Shown here: positions 39,957-53,800 of the stretch, piece after piece
Position numbering within the stretch: position 1 is the first letter of the stretch
How the letters are laid out: each line of letters starts with the position of its first letter
The notes under the pieces: generated by a model
The model's input: only the letters and a program-made list of their open reading frames with translations
Databases searched by the model: none
What the model was told of the DNA's origin: nothing
NCBI GenBank assembly: GCA_002245135.1
Contig: NGBS01000871.1
Location: forward strand, 310,001-374,000
DNA length: 64,000 nucleotides
DNA from: Proteromonas lacertae
Lineage: Eukaryota
Direction of reading: 5' to 3'
Made by a program: the position numbers and the translations under genes

Positions 39957-40441
39957 TTATTGACTTAATGTAGGTAATTCATGAATCAAATATTCATCAC
40001 TCTTTAATATTAGTTTTCCATTCTTCTCAATAAAATACACTCCTTCCTTTTCTAGTAAATTTCTTTTCTTTATTATATTTGGATGGTTAATTAATAGTGC
40101 TCCTCCAAAGCCACCTATAGTTTTATCAGATGATATAACTCTATGACATGGAACTTCCTATTATTAAGAAATATATTAACTTATATACAGGTGCAAATGG
40201 GTTTCTTTTCAATGCTTGTCCAACTGCTCGACAACTATTACAATTAATATGAATTGCGACATCTTTATATGACATTACATGCCCTTTGGGTATATGAGTT
40301 ATAAAATGATAGACTTTTGATTGAAGAAGAGTTAATTTAGTATTTTGAAGAGCCTTTTCTATTTTTTCTCTAATTTCAGGATCTTCTATTATATTATATC
40401 ATTTTAAGAATATTACTTGTGATATATTTGAAGTCATTCAT
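39957..40441 (-). CDS. MGMT: Methylated-DNA--protein-cysteine methyltransferase, copy A, 2 introns (not in ORF track)
   Basis: IPKGHVMSYKDVA, RAVGQALKRNPFAP|EVPCHRVI, IGGFGG and LLEKEGV. Confidence 0.92.
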
Positions 40442-40863
40442 TTTAAAAATGGCAAATAAAAAAGAGTACTTCAAGCCAAGTGTTTGATGAAATCTATTTT
40501 GATTTTATAGTTTTTTCTGTAAAATATAATAGTTAAATAATATAGTATATATGTAATTTTAATAAAAAATAATATGTACCTACATGATATGTTCTTTAGT
40601 TTTTAATAATAATTATAATTTGTTTTGATTTTTATATTTTAAAATAAAAAACATGACATTTAAATTCTTATATATTATTAATAACATTAATTACCTCTAA
40701 GTCTAAGATTTCTATAAATTCTATAACTAATCACTATTACCTATCTATGAATATATCCTTCAACAATTACAGAACAAATACAAATATATACACGAACATT
40801 ACTTACAAATTCTAGTATATACACAATTTACGAAGTATATTACATTAAAAACAATCAATAAAC

Positions 40864-41397
40864 CTATAATTTACTCAATATTCTAGATTCATCTTCCAAA
40901 TAATAGTTTTCATCTTTCTACATTATAATAAATAAATATTCTGTTGATTAATATAGATACATAAACAAAAGTAACTCCTTCTTTTTTCAACAATTCCCTT
41001 TTCTTTTGTACAGTAGTACTTTTAGGATTTTTAATCCCACAGAAACCGCCTATTGAAAAATCAGAAGCAATTACTCTATGACAGGGTATCAGCTGTATAA
41101 TTATATTACGACAATATATACAGATGCAAATAAATTCTTGCACAACGCCTGCCCAACAGCTTGACCACTTCTGCTTCCCAAGTACTTCGCGACTGTTTTG
41201 TATGTCATAACATATCCTATTACATAATACTCGTAATATACCTTCAGGAATAAAAGTTACGAAGTGATAAACTTTTGCTTGAAAAGAAGAAATCTTATGA
41301 TGCTTTACTGCTTCATCAATTTTTGATCTTATGCTAAGATCTTCTGTACAGTAATATATATTATACTAAAAATACCGGCTATAAACTTCTTATCCAT
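40864..41397 (-). CDS. MGMT: Methylated-DNA--protein-cysteine methyltransferase, copy B, 4 introns
   Basis: IPEG|YVMTYKTVA, QAVGQALCKNLFAS|LIPCHRVI, IGGFCG and LLKKEGV. Confidence 0.9.
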
Positions 41398-41498
41398 AGA
41401 ATAATTTTGATATGGTATAACGGATGATTTTTTGTACTTTCATTAAAAAAACCACCACGACATTTAAATCAAAAAACACATATATTTTAAATTAAATT

Positions 41499-43004
41499 TT
41501 ACTTTGCTACATTAATTTCGATTGGTTGCTCAACATTATCCTCATCATTAATATCTTTTACTTCACCCTCTATTTTAACATCATCAGGATTTACTACTGT
41601 GATTGTAGGTTCTTGTGATTCATCTTTTTCATCCTTTTTAATGTCTTGTTCATTTTTATCATCAATTCCTATTTCAGTTTTTGAATCTATTCAAATATAA
41701 AAACAAAATAATGAAATACTGTTTGGTAAAACACCAGTCATTTCAATCTCTGTATCAGTATATTTAGTCTCTTTAATACAATACCCTGTTAATATCATTA
41801 TTATCATAGTAATTATTGCAAAACCACCACTAAAAACAAAACTACTTCTCAATCCTAATTCTTCTCTTGTTAATCCTAGTTTATCAGCTAAATCAATCAA
41901 ATTATCACTTTCTTCAACAGTATCAGCTATTAAACCCATCAAATAACCACCAACAGCTGCACCTAAATCACCAGCAGCAGCCATCAAAGCAAACATACTT
42001 GCACCAGCTTTTGGATAAGTGTTACTAGCTTGAATAAGAGAACCAGGCCATAATAAACTAACACATAAACCAGCAACACCACAAGCTATAATATTCAATG
42101 CATTCCATGGTGAAACTCCTAACACTTCATAACATAGTAATGCACCAAATGATCCACCAATTAATACACATTTCAATGGTAATCTATCACCACAAACACC
42201 TAAGATTATTCTCATAATTCCATGTGTTAATGCAAAAAAACATAATCCTAATCCATCTCCTAATAGTTTATTAATATGTAAACCAGCTTCTAAAAATGCA
42301 GATATCCATGCAGCAAAGTTATTCTCAGCTGCTGCACTAAAGGCAATTTGTAATAAATATAATATATATTTTGGTCTTCTTATAATTTGACCTAATTCTA
42401 TTCCTGTTCCATCTTCTGCGATTGGAGGTAATAATGGGATTTGAGTGAATAGAATTCCACCAAGTAAAGCTGTTGTACTCCATATTCCTACTATTATTGT
42501 CCAATACTTATTACCTGCAAAGTATAAGAATAAAGTTGTTATTAAAACAACTACAAATTCTCCTATTGAAAAAGCTGCATGTAAAAATGAGAGCGCTGAT
42601 GATTTATCGCCATTTGTTGGTAATGTACTGATTATTGGACTTAATAACAATTCCATTAAACCACCACCTGCAGAAAATATTATCGTAGAAACAACTAAAT
42701 AAGGATAACAATTATAAAATATGTAAGGAACAACAGCAAATAGTATTTGACCTATAAAAGCACATAAATTTCCAGCAACCGCAAATATTCTATAACCATA
42801 TTTATCTACAAGTTTACTAAAGAGTACATCTACTGCTACTTGAGTTACAAAGTTGACAGTTAGTAGAGCTCCTAGTTGTGAAAAAGATAAACCAAATTCT
42901 TCTCTTAATGGTATGAAGAGAATATTTGTTATTGTAACTATGATCGACTGTGTTAGATAACCTAAATAACATGTATATCTTGTCGAAGTGTAACTTTTGA
43001 ACAT
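41499..43004 (-). CDS. Major facilitator superfamily transporter, bacterial-like core with acidic C-terminal exon
   Basis: About 12 hydrophobic segments and motif-A-like KLVDKYGYR. A single intron at ~41687-41719 precedes an acidic tail. Confidence 0.9.
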
Positions 43005-43198
43005 TTTGTTATTTTAAATTCCTATTTGCACAACGAGAAAAACAAGATAATTCAAAATAGAAACACTAACTCTCAAACATTTTTTCAAACATTTTTCTAA
43101 ACAAGAAACGAATATAATTATTAAAACAGTATACAAACATCAACTCAAGCAAATACATTTTTTTCATTTTCTTTATTTTCTCTTCTTAGAAAGAATCA

Positions 43199-44147
43199 AT
43201 GGCAGATAAATTAGCTACAATTTTTGGAACTGAAGAAGATAAGTAGGTTTATGCTATTTATATCTTTATCTAGAGTAAATTGTGCATTTTACCACAAAAT
43301 AGGTGCATGTAGACATGGAAATGGTTGTTCTCGTGTGCATAATAGACCTCAATATAGTCCAACTGTTTTAATTCCACACATGTACAGAAATCCAAAAGCT
43401 GCTGTAATTGAGATGAATGTGTATGGTCAAAAGGCAGCTTTGGATGAAGATAAAGCCCAAAAAGAGTTTGAAGAATTTTATGAGGAAGTGTATGATGAAT
43501 TAAGTCAATACGGAACAATTGAAGAGATGCATGTTTGTGATAATTTCTGTGAACATATGATAGGTAATGTATATGTAATGTATGAGGATGAAGAAGATGC
43601 AATGAAAGCCTTAAACTCATTGCAAGGTAGATTTTATGCAGGACTTGCTTTACAACCTGAATTTTCTCCAGTAACAGATTTTAAAGCAGCAACATGTCGT
43701 CAATTTGAAATGAACCAATGTACAAGAGGTGGATATTGTAATTTTATGCATTTGAAAGAGATTTCTCCAGAATTAAGAAGAAAATTGTTTGGAACAAAGA
43801 AGTATTTATATAATTTTATTATTTATTATTTTTTAATTAGACGATTTGGTAGAAGAAGTCATAAAAGTCCAAGCCGTAGCAACAGTCGAAAAGGAGACAA
43901 TGATAAAGAAGATCGTAGATCAGAAAGTGGTGCTAGAAATCGTAGTAGAAGTAGAAGCCATCATAGACATCGTCATCATCACCATCATCGTAGTGAAGAG
44001 AATAGTAGAGGAAATGAAGGAGGTGATAAAGATAGAGACAATAGAGATAATGAAGAAAGAGAGAGAAGACATAGAAGTAGCCATAGTAGTCGAGATGATA
44101 GAAGAAGAAGTGATGATAGAAGAAGAGGAGGAGATGATGATAAGTAA
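43199..44147 (+). CDS. U2AF1: Splicing factor U2AF small subunit, 2 introns
   Basis: MADKLATIFGTEEDK|VNCAFYHKIGACRHG, UHM/RRM HMIGNVYV, SPVTDF..ATCRQFE...CTRGGYCNFMH and an RS tail. Confidence 0.97.
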
Positions 44148-44297
44148 AATAGTAAAAATTTGAATTTATTATATTATTATTATTTTTAGTAGTTTTCATT
44201 AGATTTTTTCTTTTATATATTTTATAGCTCTATTAGGTTTTAGGAGCAGGATAATTTTGTAAAAATTAATTTAAATAAAGTAGACAATAAATAATTA

Positions 44298-44757
44298 TTA
44301 TATTTTATAAAGAATCTACTTCTTTAAGATGTTCATATGTTTTAATAATTTCTGTGTATTTCCTTTTTGTATATTTCCTACCAATTACAATACTATTAAA
44401 TAAAAAATTCCACAAAATACCCAAGAATAAAACACATTAAACATATAAATCCACCATATACAATATATTCCTTCCTTTCACGATAATGAATTATCTTATT
44501 TTGAGATTCTTCTATTTTTAGTTTTATTGACTTCATTTCAGCTTCTCTACAAAAATAATTACAAAAATTGATTATACACTCTCTTTTGGTGTCGACTTCT
44601 TGCAAAATATCCAGCCCAAGCAGCTCCTGAACCAAGAAGAGTGCCAGTGATTGTGAAAAATGTGCTATACTATATATTCACATATGTACGTATTATTTGT
44701 GATTATTTTATAATAATAATTAAAGTTAGTCTTAAAGAATTTGAAATAAGAAGACAT
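44298..44757 (-). CDS. Small putative membrane protein, multi-exon; 5' end uncertain
   Basis: Spliced reading TFFTITGTLLGSGAAWAGYFARSRHQKRV|EAEMK...GGFICLMCFILG|IVIGRKY. The first exon contains an in-frame stop as assembled. Confidence 0.45.
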
Positions 44758-44863
44758 TCTAAAATATATTCGTTTTAGGTAACTAGCTTGAAAGCTTGAA
44801 TTATATCGTAATTTTTTTGATAAGATTAATACAGCTATCCTCACTAGTTATTAATATTATCAA

Positions 44864-47800
44864 ATGAGAAAAATATTAATTATACTGTTATTATTATATT
44901 TATATTCAGCTAGAGCCAATGACAGTAGTTTTTCCGTTTTATATGAAGGAGGTGAGATAGTCGCTAATTCTAATGCTATTTTTACTATAAATAGAACATC
45001 TAATGCACAGTTTATAGGTGACGAGTCATCTTCCTTCAACATTAGTATTATACACCAGAGAGACAGTTCAGACGATTTAGAAAAATATATATCGACAGAA
45101 TCATTAGAATCTACCATCAAAGCCCTAGATTATTTTCAACTATGTAGTAAGTGTGGTAGTATAAACAGAGGAGAATCGTCCATATATTTAACTAAAAATT
45201 TAAAGAAGAGAATTACAGTTGGAGATACCCTGTTACTCAATGGATTGAAATTTGTAGTAAAAGAGGTGATTGCTGAGTCAAATTATATTTCAGTTGATAC
45301 ATATAATGGAGATAAGATATCTGACATGGATTTATACTTGATTGGTGTTGATACAGGGAATTATGAAGTTAATTTTATACCAATCATCAGTGGCAATTAT
45401 GAAGTGAGTGTATACACCAATCCAATAGATGAAATACAAGATATTGTAATAAAATCCACCTCCTATTTTGATGGTGAAGTTAGATTAAAATATGGAAGAG
45501 CATATACTGGTTTTGTTAATATAAACAATATAAAACAGTTGGAAGATGATTTTAACGGAATTAGTAGTTTTGATTATGATGTGAAAATAAAGATAAGTGA
45601 AATATCTAGTAGTGAAACAAAAAAGTATTGGAGAATAGAAATATACAACTCAAAGTATGAAAATCCCAAAATAGAAATTGATACAAGTAGTTTAATTGGT
45701 GGAAGATTTTCATATGAAACGACTATAATTCGTCAAGCCAAACCAAAGCAACATGTAGATAATAGTCCATTCATAGTGACAGTAATTCCTGGTGTATCTG
45801 ATGCATTACACAGTGAAGTGTTTGGTTCAGGTTTGTTTAGTTGTTATGCAAATGAAACAGTGAATGTATATGTAGAATCTCGAGATATATTTAATAATAA
45901 CCGATTAGATTCACAGGAAAGAGAAGAATATCACTTATTTATTATTCCACAGTTCAATCCAATATCAAATGACAATAATCGAGTAATTAATGACATTACA
46001 ATTGATTATGTGAAGAATGGAATATATAAAAGTGATATTGTGTTGAAAGAAGCAGGTACTTATAGTTTAGTGGTAGTAGAACATGTAGTACCTGAAATAC
46101 AATCAATAAAACTACAATTTATGGATTTAAAGAAAGCTTCAGGTTATTATTATCTAATCTATGATGAGTTTAAAACAAATGAAATTCCATTTAATTCTAC
46201 CTGTGATATTATAGAAAAGGAATTGTTATTATCACCTTCAATATTGAATTTACATTGTATTATGACGCATTTACAAGATGGATTTAAATATGATATTTAT
46301 TTTGATAGAGTTTTGGGCTTGATTCCATTGTTGAGATTTGAACAGTATTTGGTGGGTTATAAGATAAGACCAATATATATAAATAGAGTTAATTCCATTC
46401 AATATAAGATTGTAGGTACTTTGAACGGTTATGAGAATGAATTTCAAGTAATTACTTTGAAATTGATGGATTTGAGTTATGCTGAGAATACAACATTTAC
46501 ATTGAAATTTGCAGGTGAAACAACCAAAGAATTGTTATGGAATTGTACTGAAAATGATATATACAACAGTCTTAAAGAATTAGAAACAATTGGAAATATT
46601 ACCGTTTCAATGTATGAACAAGCCGAGCAAACGAAACGGTTCAAAATTAGTTTTATTGGATATGATGAGAGATATATCATGCAGGATGGTAGAAGTCTTG
46701 GAAATGTGCCAGAAATACAAGTCACTACCAATTCGTTGTTATGTGTTCCATATATTCAGTCATATGATGGTAAATCACCTTACAAGTTGATTGTTCATCC
46801 CAGAAAAATCAGTCCAGAGAATTGCTTTGTTGGAAATTTGTCAATGAGCGATATAAAGCGTGCAAAGCAAGGAACTCCAATTACTTTCAATATCAACCTC
46901 AGAGATGAATTTAACAATCGTGTATTTACACAACCAAAGAATGAAATTCAGACAATATTCGTTTCTGATGAAATGCAAGATATCAGTATCTGTCTTCAGT
47001 ACAAAAATTACACCACAAAATTCTTGGATAGAAACAGTACAGAATTAAGTATAACCTCCAGAATGATCAAAGAAGCATTAGAAGGCTTAGATGTGATTGG
47101 TGAAGTAAATGTCACTTCAGATCGATGTGTAGAAGATTATACATGCTTCCATATAACATTTACCACAGAAATAGGCGATTTACCTGCTATTGCAATATAT
47201 CCAAGTGGATTTCCAATCAATGTCTCAAATTGTGATAAGAATTCAGTTCAAAAAATCACAACAGTATCAGATTCAATAATCGGAGGTGAATTTCAAATAA
47301 TCTATGGTAATTACATAACAGAGCAACTACCAGTAGACATAGAGGCAAAAGACTTAGAAAATATTTTAAAAACAATTCCGTTAATAACAAGTTTAAGAGT
47401 TGAAAGAAATACAATCAATTATGCCTATGGTACTTATACATGGACAATCTACTTAGATGAAGTAATAGATGAAAGATTATCATTTGAAGTAGATAATCGA
47501 TATTTAACAGGTGAAAAATCTGACATTATAGTTGATAGTGATTGTCCAGATTATACTCAAGCTGGTCAACTAAGTGAAGAATTTATTATTACAATAAAAG
47601 ATAATGAAAATAACCAAGTAATAAGTTATCCTGAATATGAATATATCTTACCTGGCTTAATTCAAGTGAATTATATAACTCCATATACATCTATTAATTC
47701 AGATTATATGTTAAACATATATCATATCAAAAGAGGTGGTTTAAATGGTTATTACTATAATACAATGTATTTTATGGATTTAGATGAGATTAAAGTAGAT

Positions 47801-50800
47801 AATGTGATTGATTTACATTGGAATATTAATGATTATATCACTAATCCTTCAAAAGAAGCAATTTCTATTATTTGGAGAGGATATATTCAAGCAATTTATA
47901 ATGAAATATATTCGTTTTATGTTACTGTAAATGATGGTATAAAATTGATAGTAGATGGTCAAGTTTTATTTGATCATTTATCCGAAAGAATTGATATAGA
48001 GAATGGTGTGAAAAAAGAGTCAGTTATATTCAACGGAACTATGCCATATTCATTTTTATCCAATCGATTGTATTCAATAGAAATTTGGTTTATAGAATAT
48101 AAGAATGTTGGTGATATTCACTTATACTGGGAATCTAAGAGTCAAATAAAAGAAATTATACCAACAACACGTTTATTCAATACTCCAATAGAAATAAAAG
48201 GAAGTAATATCACTATAAAATCAATAGGAAGTAAGCCAAATCCACCATTTGATCCAGCTATATTATATATTAATAAAACATCGTTAAATTATACATTTAA
48301 ACAACCAATAAATGATAATAATAATAGCAATAATAATGATATTGATTATTATGAAATTGAATGGTTTGAATATGATGGAGAAAGTGAAATGGAAACTTTG
48401 AAAGTGAATGGAAAAAGTGGAACTTTTCAGTTACAATATGGAGAATTTTTAACAGATCCAATCAAATGTAATGATATAAATATAACTGAATTAAGAGAGA
48501 ATATATTGATGAATATTCCAGATATAAAGAATATTCATATTGTACAAAAATCAGATCATATTTATGAATTATATTTTATCAATAATTACTATATAGAGCC
48601 AAAGAATTCATTTAAACCAATTAAAAACTATGAGTTTAACGGAGGAGGAGAAGTATTGATTTGTAGTGATAATAATGAAATAACATTAGATTCAATCAGT
48701 TGTAGTAAAACAGACTCCAGAAAAGGAAGTTATCCATATAATTATTATATTACTCGAATAAATAAGAATGAATCATCTTTAATAATCAATGATATACAGT
48801 TAGGACATAATATTACAGTTATATCATATTCTCATAATAGTTTAGGATATAGTTTACCTTCCGAATCAGTTACAATTATACCAAAGTTTACTCCTGATAG
48901 AATAACAGAAGCATTTGTAAAAACTACATCCAATCCAACAGAATTGCATTTATATTTCAATCATATCACTAATCAGAATGGAGGAACATTGATATCTTAT
49001 ATTATACAATGGTCTAATACTCCTTTTACAGATAATAATAACATAAATAGTCATAAATACAACACCTATCGTTCAACGGAATATGATTTATCTTCACACT
49101 TGTTATTACACTACAGTGAATATATAATCACAAATTTAAAATTATTAAACAAATATTATATCAGAATATGTGGTGAAAATGAAGTAGGAATTAGTGAATG
49201 GTATGAAATTGAAGTTCCTCCATCTTACTTAGGAATGAAACCACAACCAATAGAATATGGCAATGTTTCAATACATATAAATCCACCCAATAGTTTTGTA
49301 AATATTCACGACACAATTAGAAGTATAACCGTTCATTGGTCTGTACCACCTCCACTATTTGTTCCTACCTCATATATTGATGAATATATAATAGAATATT
49401 GGCATAGTAATACTTATTATAAACCTGAAATACAAATGATTACAGTAACAAGTAATTCTACTTATAATAATATAATAAACTCAATATTTGGTAGTTTCAC
49501 TTTAACTTATGGTAATAATAATTATACTACTGATTATTTACCATTAAATATCTCTGCTTTAGAGTTACAAAGAACAATAGAAAGAATCCCTGATATTCCA
49601 TCTTGTACAGTACAACGTATTGGTATTAGTAACGGATATAATTGGCTTGTTACATTCAACTCAAACATAGGTTTGCCATATGATATATTTACAGTGAAAG
49701 TGTATGAATTTGATGTTAAATTGTATGGCTCATGTTATAGATATCAAGTTGGTACAAAATATAATAATTACAATTATATCAATATAAAATCAAGTGATAA
49801 AATACAATATAAATATTCACTCAATAATTTAGAATATTTAACAAATGGTTATACATTCAGAGTATCTTCTAGAAATCAATTTGGAATTTCATTACCACAA
49901 ATCTCAGATCCTGACTCAATAAAGATTCCAAAAACAGTACCAGAACCACCTTCTTTAATCTCAATCTACAGTTTAACTAATTCTAAGATGTTAATAAAAT
50001 GGTATGCTTCAAAATGTGACGGAGGTTCATATATCACTAAGTATAGAATAGAATGGGATACAACTCCATTATTTACATCTAAGAATTATGATAAAGTTGA
50101 AATTGATGTTTTACCATATGAATGTAGTAAAAGAAGTTGTAATTATCAAGTAGAAAGATTATTATCAGGTAATTATTATTATGTTAGAATGATGAGTTAT
50201 AATATATATGGTTATTCATCTCCAGCTAAATCTACACCTGAATCTATATTAATGTACTATTATCCATCTGAACCAAAAAATGTAACGGCTAGAATTATTG
50301 GAACAGATTCAATATTAGTGTCGTTTGATGCTGCTGATAATAATGGTAAAGAAATTAGTGAATATAAAGTGGAATGGGATGTTGGAAGTTATGAAGGTAA
50401 AGAGTATGGATTAAATAAGTTTTATTATTCAGAATATGATGTTTTAGTCATTACATTTAATTGCTATGTTACGTGTAATTATAATTATGATATATATGTT
50501 AATTACTTGAATCATGATAGTGAACCAATCTCTATGTTATCTAGTGAAGATGAAATATTGAATAAATTTAATAATCTACTAACTATTGGAGATATACAAG
50601 TGAATAAAGAATATAATTCAAATGATAATAAATCATTCAGTTGGATTATTTCATTTATTAACCAATCACCTATTAATATTGATCAAATCTATTTAAAAAG
50701 AGAAATGAAAGATGTAGAAATAATGAAAGCGAATAATGTTAAATATGAATATAATACAGATATCACTATCAAATTCGAACATCCTGTTATAGCTTATAAT

Positions 50801-53800
50801 GGTTATCCACAGCAATTACTCAGACTACATTCTAATACAATAAAAACAGATTTAATTGGAAGATATTCTATTGATTTCAATGGTAAAGTAATTGATAATA
50901 TTCCAGTAGATGTAACACCAAGTCAATTAGAAAATATATTATATGAATTGATTGGTAAAAATAGAGTAATAAAATCAACTACATTTTATGCATATGAATA
51001 TAAAATCATATTTTTATCTTATCAAGGATCAATTCCATTATTGAGATTGAATTTAAAGAAATTGAATAATTATTCACATTTAACAGCTGTTACTAGTATT
51101 CAACAAGGAATATATCCAACGTCATTAACAAACGGATATAAATATATTATTATTCCAGCCAATAAGAATGGTTCAATTCATTATGAATGTACTATTGAAG
51201 GACTAAATCCAAATATTTCTTATATAATCAATGTATTAGGATATAACGGATATAATAACGACTATGGAAAACCACAGAATACAGTCCCAATCTTATTAAA
51301 GACATACAATTATCCAATCATTACAAATGTACAATTAACAGCCAATACAATTGATTCAATGATAGTTACATGGAATTTGAATTATAATAACTATCCGTTA
51401 ATTGATGAATATGAAATAGCTTGGGATAGAAATGCAGGAAGATCTGAACAACAATTATTAGAAATAAAGAATGCAGAAAGTGGATATATTATATTAAGTT
51501 TTAATGGAAAAATCACTGGACAAATTGATAAAGATATTTCATCAGAAATATTAAAGAATTCATTAGAAGTTATTGAAGATATTGGAAAAGTAGTCGTTAC
51601 AAAATCATCAACAGTAAATGGTAATCAATGGTTAATAGAATTTGAAACAAATGTTGGTCCACAGCCACTATTAGTAATAGAAAGTAATAGATTAGTAGGA
51701 AATAATTACAATCAACCTACAGCTACTATTAAAAGAATAATTGAAGGAACAAGACCAATGTTCAATGAGAATTCAACTGTAGATGCAACTTTACCACTTG
51801 GTTTTGTGAATATAAAAATCCCACAAGAAATACAATGTATTACTGTAATGAGTGATATAGATGATGTATATGGTAATTTCAAAGTTGTATTTAATGGATA
51901 TGTTAGTGAAGAAATAGATTATGAGACAAATGATGAAGAAATGGAAAAAATATTAAGTAATATTCCAACAGTAGGTAATGTAAGTGTAAAAGTGGAAATC
52001 ACTAATTATAATTATAGTTATCCACCCTTTAGACAATATACAAAGAAATGGTTTATTACATTTAATGAAATAAAGGGAAATGTTCCTTCATTGTTTGTAT
52101 TATTAAATGAGAATGAAATTCCTTCTTTAAGTGGAACTGGAGGAACTTTAAAAGGATCACATCCTATTGTGTTTGTAGAAGAAATAGTAAAAGGTGGAAA
52201 GTTAGATTCTTATCTAATTACTGATTTAGATTATAAATCAAATCGAATGTATTATTCATATGTAGCAATTAAGAAGTTAGATAATAATATCCAATTAGAT
52301 TCTCAAGAATATTCTAGAAAAGGATTGAAATTATTCAATCATATTCCTTATCCACCTTCCAATGTGTCAGTTGTATCAATGAATAACGATGAAATAACAG
52401 TTAGTTGGAAACCTTCTATTGAAAATGGTGGTAGTAAAATAACCCATTATTTGATAGATTATTATGTTGCTGATCAACCTGAAACAACTACAATATATAC
52501 ACCAATTCCAATAGATTATAATTATGATATAGAAAGTGATGAAAATGGTTATTATTATTACACATTTTTAACTGAATTAGATAATATAATTGTAAGAATT
52601 AAAGCAGTGAATGAAATAGGAGAAAGTGAACCAGCTTATGCTGAACCATTTTTGAAATTGAAAGCTGATATTATCAAAGTAAATGTAACTATCAATTCTA
52701 ATACATTTACAGTTGGTTATGATAATAAAGAAGTAATAATTAGAATAGATGATTCAAGAGATTTAGCTGAGAAGGAAATAAAGAAATTAGAACCATCTTT
52801 GTCTTTGTTAAAATACAATGATCCAATATATAAAGATTATATGATCTATATTATTTCCTCATTATATTCACTAAAATCATTAATAAAATCATCCAATTCA
52901 CAGTTTAAATATTTACAATATGGTAAAAGTAAAGATTCAAAAGTAATTTCATCATGTAAATTGAACTGTTTAAATCCATCACCATCTCAATTTTCTATTG
53001 ATTCTGTGAGTGGAACTGAAGTTGGTTTAACCTTTAATAGTTCATTATTACTAAATGTTGATTTATATTATGTAGAATGGTCTTATTTCTCCACATTTAG
53101 AGAAACTTTTAATAGTATAAGTTATAGTAAATACATTGAGATTAATAATAATAATGAAGATGATAATGAAATACAACATTTAGTATTAGATGGTTTAATA
53201 ACAGGAATGAAATATTATATTAGATTAAGACCTTATAGTCAAATATATGGATTTGGTTTCCCTGTTTCTACGAATTATTCAGTTATGCCAATGGATCAAA
53301 AACCATATAAAGTATCTTCCTTTACATCATCATTGAGATTAGATAATGATAGAGTGATTGATATACATTTTATTGAACAGAAATATGATCAAAAAGGTTA
53401 TAAAACTAATGATGGTGGTTCTTCTATTCTCTATTATGATATTGAGTGGAGTAGTGATAGTGAATTTAATAGTTTAAGTGGAAAATATGCTTTTCCAGTG
53501 ATGATGGATAATTTGAATTGTATTGTTGGTTGTGATTTTACATTAGGAACTGAAGTGAGAAGTATATTCTTTGATGTTGAATATCCTTATTCTATTGTTG
53601 GTGGAGAGTTTACATTGAGTTATAAAAACGATTTTAAGACATTTGATTATGATGCTAATCCATTAGAATTGAGAGATTATTTAGCTAGTAAATTCCCTTG
53701 TAATAATGGTGAAATTAAAGTAAGACATATTTCGCAAATACCATTACATCGTAGTGAATATCATTTATTAATTGATGGTGAAAATTGTCAAATCCCAATT

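Noticed and set aside
1..44147. Polyadenylation-generated stop codons or a non-standard genetic code
   Set aside because: The gene models I could complete end in genomic TAA/TAG/TGA and translate sensibly with the standard code.
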